Source: Snowella sp. (GTDB taxonomy: Bacteria > Cyanobacteriota > Cyanobacteriia > Cyanobacteriales > Microcystaceae). From it: a stretch of 21,179 nt of DNA. The notes under the pieces were generated by a model. It was not told the origin of the DNA, ran no database searches, and saw only the letters and a list, made by a program, of their open reading frames with translations. Below are positions 17,717-21,179 of this stretch, piece by piece. The DNA is taken from contig JAYKGY010000095.1 of the NCBI GenBank assembly GCA_035285545.1, positions 1 through 21,179 of the forward strand, written 5' to 3'. A program made the position numbers and the translations under genes. Within the stretch, counting starts at the first letter, position 1, and every line of letters starts with the position of its first letter.

Positions 17717-17924
17717 GATTTTGATTTTTAGCAGCCTGTAACACTTGTAGCATCGTATCCGCAGCTTCATCTGCGCCATAGGGAGACCATATTGGATAAG
17801 CTTGTTCAGCTTTAATTAACACGGTTTCCTGTTGGGCTAATTCCGAGATCAAAAGCTGCATGATGTAGAGCTTGTCTGAGCGGCTCAGCTCTTTCAAGGT
17901 TGAGATTAGGTCTGATGAAACCAT
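17709..17924 (-). CDS. Small antitoxin-like protein upstream of aspartyl protease (module copy 2)
   Basis: LSRSDKLYIMQLLISEL...YPIWSPYGADEAADTMLQVL; paralogue of 6155-6367; ATG 17924. Confidence 0.75.
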   Translation of the reverse strand: MVSSDLISTLKELSRSDKLYIMQLLISELAQQETVLIKAEQAYPIWSPYGADEAADTMLQVLQAAKNQNHA

Positions 17925-17998
17925 GTAAAACACTTCTTTTAGATTGGGTTTGCCTTTTTATTCTAAAATTTTTTTCAATTTTATGATTTCTTTAAGAC

Positions 17999-18058
17999 TT
18001 AAAAATCTGAGAAAGGATAGCGGATTAGGATAACTTCATGTTTGGAGTAAATCGGCAT
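17999..18058 (-). pseudogene. N-terminal stub of a PemK/MazF toxin (MPIYSKHEVILIRYPFSDF*)
   Basis: Hand translation. EVIL.RYPFSD is the MazF start motif; it overlaps the antitoxin end and stops after 19 aa, followed by an unrelated AT-rich spacer. Confidence 0.75.
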
Positions 18059-18239
18059 ACCCATCATCCTCCGCATTGTCCCAAACTGCATCAAGTGAGG
18101 TTTGGCTTGCTTTCAGCCAAAATTCAGTCTCATCGTCAGGTAAAACTGTTACCAACACACTAACTCCTTCTGGTAGTTCTGCTGACTCCAATAACTCAAT
18201 TTTTCCTTGCCTAACCGTAGCCCAAAGTGTTTTTAGCAT
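18036..18239 (-). CDS. Antitoxin (AF2212/DUF104-like) of a MazF-type pair
   Basis: LWATVRQGKIELLE..ELPEG..VLVTVL...WLKASQTSLDAVWDNAEDD.YA.LL; ATG 18239. Confidence 0.75.
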   Translation of the reverse strand: MLKTLWATVRQGKIELLESAELPEGVSVLVTVLPDDETEFWLKASQTSLDAVWDNAEDDGYADLLQT

Positions 18240-18550
18240 ATTCTGTTGCACTTTGATTTAATACCGTAATTCCTGTTTGTGCGATCGCTTCATCGCTATC
18301 CCTAAAATAATATATGCAGGCAACTTAAACTTTTGAAAAGAGGAAATATTCGTTAATTTTTTTCCAAATGATAAGCGATCACGCTACAAACTGAGTTAAT
18401 CCTACTAATTTTATCAACTTTACTCTCTCAAGCTAATTTAGGAATTAATTCAATCGTGTTTTTGTGTTTTACCCGTTTTATATCCCGCGATCGCCTCTTC
18501 TAAATGTTGAGCGTTAACAGGAGAATTTAGCTGTTTGGATTATGCTTTTT

Positions 18551-19174
18551 TCAACGAATGACATTGGGAGTAATCACTAAATGCCGATCGCTGTCAAAAC
18601 GAATCCACCCTTGAGTTTGAAATTCCCCTAATAAACGGGTAATAGTTACTCTCGTCGTACCGATCGCATTGGCTAACATTTGATGGGTCAAACGGACTTT
18701 AATGCGGGTTCCTTCCGTCACGGGTTGGCCTAAATCTTGGGCGAGGAGTTTTAATAGTTCCTGTAGACGCTCATCTACTCGCTTTAAACCCGCGATCGCC
18801 AACAGAGCTTCGGTTTGACGCATACGCTGAACCAATTGAGCCAAAACTAATTGGGCTAATTTCGGCGTATTTTCGATTTCTAAAACCGGATACCACCGCA
18901 AATAGACATCCGAGATAGAGCGAGCCTGGTAGGTTGCCAATTGAGTTGAAGTTAACCACAATCCAAAAAAGTTTTCAGGATGCACCCAACCGAGGAGTAT
19001 CTCTTCTCCATTAGCCGCTAACTGACTGAGTTGCACGACTCCCCGATAAACTTGCCAGATTCCTTCTTCCGCTAGGGGGATTAGCTCTCCCTTATCATAA
19101 AAATGTAGCCGACGGCCTTCGGTCGCATTCGTTTTTTGGCTATGAGTAGGGAGCAAGGAGTCAGTCAGCAACAT
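18551..19174 (-). CDS. Crp/Fnr-family transcriptional regulator
   Basis: cNMP-binding-like N-terminal region; HTH RLTHQMLANAIGTTRVTITRLLGEF. Confidence 0.92.
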   Translation of the reverse strand: MLLTDSLLPTHSQKTNATEGRRLHFYDKGELIPLAEEGIWQVYRGVVQLSQLAANGEEILLGWVHPENFFGLWLTSTQLATYQARSISDVYLRWYPVLEIENTPKLAQLVLAQLVQRMRQTEALLAIAGLKRVDERLQELLKLLAQDLGQPVTEGTRIKVRLTHQMLANAIGTTRVTITRLLGEFQTQGWIRFDSDRHLVITPNVIR

Positions 19175-19312
19175 AAAAACCTTAGAGACGTTAAGCGTTG
19201 GATATTGTTAGAGAGGGGTTAAAACCTTTAAAACAACATCTAGCTTTTAGCGTAGGTCGCCAAGGTAAAAATTACGTAATGAAAAGGTTAAGTTCGATAC
19301 TTAACGCGGACC

Positions 19313-20458
19313 TTATCCCATCCTGTTCCGATAGTCGGCATAGGTGAATTGTCGCCACAGCACAAAGCTTCCGTCTTTTTTGAGTAGTCCAATCGAGGGA
19401 TGATTAACCCCGTTAAACATGGTGGTTTTGACCAGGGTGTAATGCATCATATCTTCAAAAATTAAGCGATCGCCGACCTGTAGTGGTTGCTCAAAGGCAT
19501 AATCCCCCATAAAATCTCCGGCTAAACAAGACGATCCGCCCATACGGTAACGGGTTTGGCCATTCTCCGGTTCTGACGCTCCCCGAATTGTGGGTTTATA
19601 GGGCATTTCCAAACAATCGGGCATGTGTCCGGTAAAAGAGACATCCAGCATGACATTGATATGCTCAGGCGTGGGAATTAAATCTTCAATTTGACTTAAC
19701 AAAAAACCCGTTTGCCACGCGATCGCCGATCCGGGTTCCATAATCAATTGCAGGTGAGGATAGCGTTGATGGAAGTCTTTTAAAAGCGCGATCGTATGAT
19801 CCACTTCGTAACCTTGACGAGTCATTAAATGCCCACCGCCCAAATTTAACCATTGGATCTGAGGTAAATATTGGCCGAAATACTGCTCAATATTAAACAG
19901 CGTTTTTTCCAACGCAAAAGAATCACTTTCACACAAATTATGGGACAAAAAGCCTTCAATGCCGCTAGGTAAGGTTTCCCCTAACGCATCGGGAGACGCC
20001 CCTAAACGACTACCAGGGACACAAGGATTATACAAAGCCGTTTCCACCGGAGAATATTGGGGATTAATACGTAAACCGATAGAAGGGGAATAGTCAGATT
20101 TTTCCACCCAAGGTCGAAATCGTTCATATTGATTGACCGAATTAAACGTTAAATGGGACGCTAAGGGTAAAATTGCCCCAAAATCCGCATCTCGATAGGC
20201 AGTTGAATAAACATGCACTTCTTTTCCAAATTCTTCGGCTGCTAGTTGCGCTTCCCACAAAGAACTGGCAGAGGCTCCTGCTAATATCGGACGAATCATC
20301 GGAAAACTATGAAACAGCGAATAGCCTTTCAAGGCCAACATGACTTTAACGGGGGCTTCTCGCTGAACTCTTTCAAAAATAGCTAAATTTCTTTCTAATA
20401 GGCTTTCTTCCAGCACAAAACAGGGAGAAGGGATCTGGGAAACAAGATTTTGATTCAT
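19313..20458 (-). CDS. nspC: Carboxynorspermidine/carboxyspermidine decarboxylase
   Basis: PSPCFVLEE, ALKG, YNPCVPGSRLG, H.LCE, NLGGGH, EPG, HMPDCLEMPY, SCLAGD, HYT.VKTTMFNGV. ATG 20458 preferred over TTG 20503. Confidence 0.93.
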   Translation of the reverse strand: MNQNLVSQIPSPCFVLEESLLERNLAIFERVQREAPVKVMLALKGYSLFHSFPMIRPILAGASASSLWEAQLAAEEFGKEVHVYSTAYRDADFGAILPLASHLTFNSVNQYERFRPWVEKSDYSPSIGLRINPQYSPVETALYNPCVPGSRLGASPDALGETLPSGIEGFLSHNLCESDSFALEKTLFNIEQYFGQYLPQIQWLNLGGGHLMTRQGYEVDHTIALLKDFHQRYPHLQLIMEPGSAIAWQTGFLLSQIEDLIPTPEHINVMLDVSFTGHMPDCLEMPYKPTIRGASEPENGQTRYRMGGSSCLAGDFMGDYAFEQPLQVGDRLIFEDMMHYTLVKTTMFNGVNHPSIGLLKKDGSFVLWRQFTYADYRNRMG

Positions 20459-20483
20459 AGCTTTTAATTTTATCGGATCGCGA

Positions 20484-20598
20484 TTAATAACTTTGAGTTT
20501 CAATTTTTGATTTTAGGAAATTATAGCCATCATCAAATTGCGGAATCATTTCACAGTTTAAGGCTTTAAGTTCGTTTTTAATCTCTGGAGTATTGAAG
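20484..20598 (-). pseudogene. Probable 3' remnant of a gene interrupted by the IS1634 (FNTPEIKNELKALNCEMIPQFDDGYNFLKSKIETQSY*), possibly PIN-like
   Basis: A protein-like frame starts exactly at the IS end. It resembles C-termini of cyanobacterial PIN-like proteins (from memory). Confidence 0.4.
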
Positions 20599-21179
20599 CC
20601 CAAATTCCGCGGTTTGGAGAGGGATAAAAATAATTTAGGAATCGGGCAGAGGAAGGAGATAGTATCGGCGACAAGCATGGCTAAAGAACCGCAAAATATG
20701 ATGTCGCTCATCGGTCAAATTAACAATTTGTGTAACGCCTTGAAAAAAGACGAGATGAACAGCCATGAAACACTGAAAGACCCAACGAAGAGTAGGAGAA
20801 GAAGTGGGTTTACCTAATTGGTTAGGAATCGTCTCTGTTTGTTGTGCTAAAGCCTGCCTCAGTTGTCTCTGCCCTAGATTGTAAACCAGCAAACACAATG
20901 CCATAATCAACCCCAAAGCCGCAATCCGATTAGGGGACTTGAGAAAAACACTGGAAGTGAAGAACATCGGGTCTTTAAGAAAGCGAAATCCCCGCTCGAC
21001 CCCTTGTTGCGCTTTATATTCTCTGAGGGCATCATCCGTGCTCAACAGGTCGCGGTCTAACACATTGGTGGCTAGAATAAATCGACCACAACGGGTTCGT
21101 TGAGCTTCGATTGCGTCTGAATTGGGCATGAGGGTTGCTGTCACTCGATAGCTAAGATGCTGAGGAGTCTCATCTTTAC
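20599..21179 (-). mobile_element. IS1634-family insertion sequence, right part
   Basis: Terminal IR-like CCCAAATTCCGCGG at 20599, 36 nt beyond the transposase stop. Confidence 0.8.
20635..21179 (-). CDS. IS1634-family transposase, C-terminal part (frame open to the window edge)
   Basis: GRFILATN, YKAQQGVERGFRFLKDP, F.KSPNRIAAL, PNQLGKPT..PTLRWVFQCF. Confidence 0.93.
   Translation of the reverse strand, partial: KDETPQHLSYRVTATLMPNSDAIEAQRTRCGRFILATNVLDRDLLSTDDALREYKAQQGVERGFRFLKDPMFFTSSVFLKSPNRIAALGLIMALCLLVYNLGQRQLRQALAQQTETIPNQLGKPTSSPTLRWVFQCFMAVHLVFFQGVTQIVNLTDERHHILRFFSHACRRYYLLPLPDS

Larger units (their letters stand above)
358..19726. repeat. HIP1 octamer GCGATCGC, dispersed (roughly 25 perfect copies counted by eye)
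   Basis: Examples start at 358, 513, 718, 2223, 2728, 3731, 4598, 6614, 6777, 7100, 7687, 18281, 18487, 19466 and 19719. Confidence 0.95.

Noticed and set aside
18289..18494. HIP1-bounded AT-rich spacer as a possible further gene remnant
   Set aside because: Only short frames (e.g. RDIKRVKHKNTIELIPKLA*) with no convincing family motif.
16223..18959. ORFs 16223-16435, 18076-18261 and 18771-18959, and the 21-aa N-terminal extension of 17285-17779
   Set aside because: They overlap better-supported genes; the protease start at 17716 fits its paralogue and translational coupling.
19265..19306. Short palindromes ATTACGTAAT and GTTAAG-N7-CTTAAC between nspC and the crp gene
   Set aside because: Could be an operator or weak terminator, but they are short, AT-rich and match no consensus I can support.
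20484..20817. ORFs 20484-20711 (as a whole) and 20593-20817
   Set aside because: They span or run antisense to the IS1634 end; only 20484-20598 is kept as a possible remnant.
1..21179. CRISPR array, tRNA/rRNA genes, integrase
   Set aside because: No regularly spaced repeats, RNA gene signatures or recombinase motifs were seen.

Overview
Cyanobacterial chromosomal window, judged from the dense HIP1 octamers GCGATCGC and the cyanobacterial-type proteins. A housekeeping backbone (clpB, pyk with C-terminal PEP-utilising domain, DUF4346, histidine phosphatase, thioredoxin-like protein, hemF, SRPBCC protein, pepN-HEAT, Crp/Fnr regulator, nspC) is interleaved with patches of small toxin-antitoxin-type cassettes at about 1-660, 3500-7700, 11650-12400 and 17280-18500. 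Main observations: (i) three intact antitoxins whose overlapping RelE/MazF toxins are cut to 17-30 codon stubs, plus an orphan HicB; (ii) two diverged copies of an uncharacterised small-protein + retropepsin-like aspartyl protease module; (iii) an AT-rich 338-aa gene with a C-terminal GIY-YIG-like nuclease next to a broken relE; (iv) a Panacea antitoxin paired with an unannotated putative toxin; (v) a 372-bp non-autonomous IS200/IS605 derivative that keeps both ends, a candidate promoter and an omegaRNA-like 3' part but no TnpB; (vi) cassette and pseudogene junctions that often coincide with HIP1 sites; (vii) a degenerate duplicate of the clpB 3' end. The window ends in an IS1634-family transposase. 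All family assignments come from motif recognition by eye, not from database searches.
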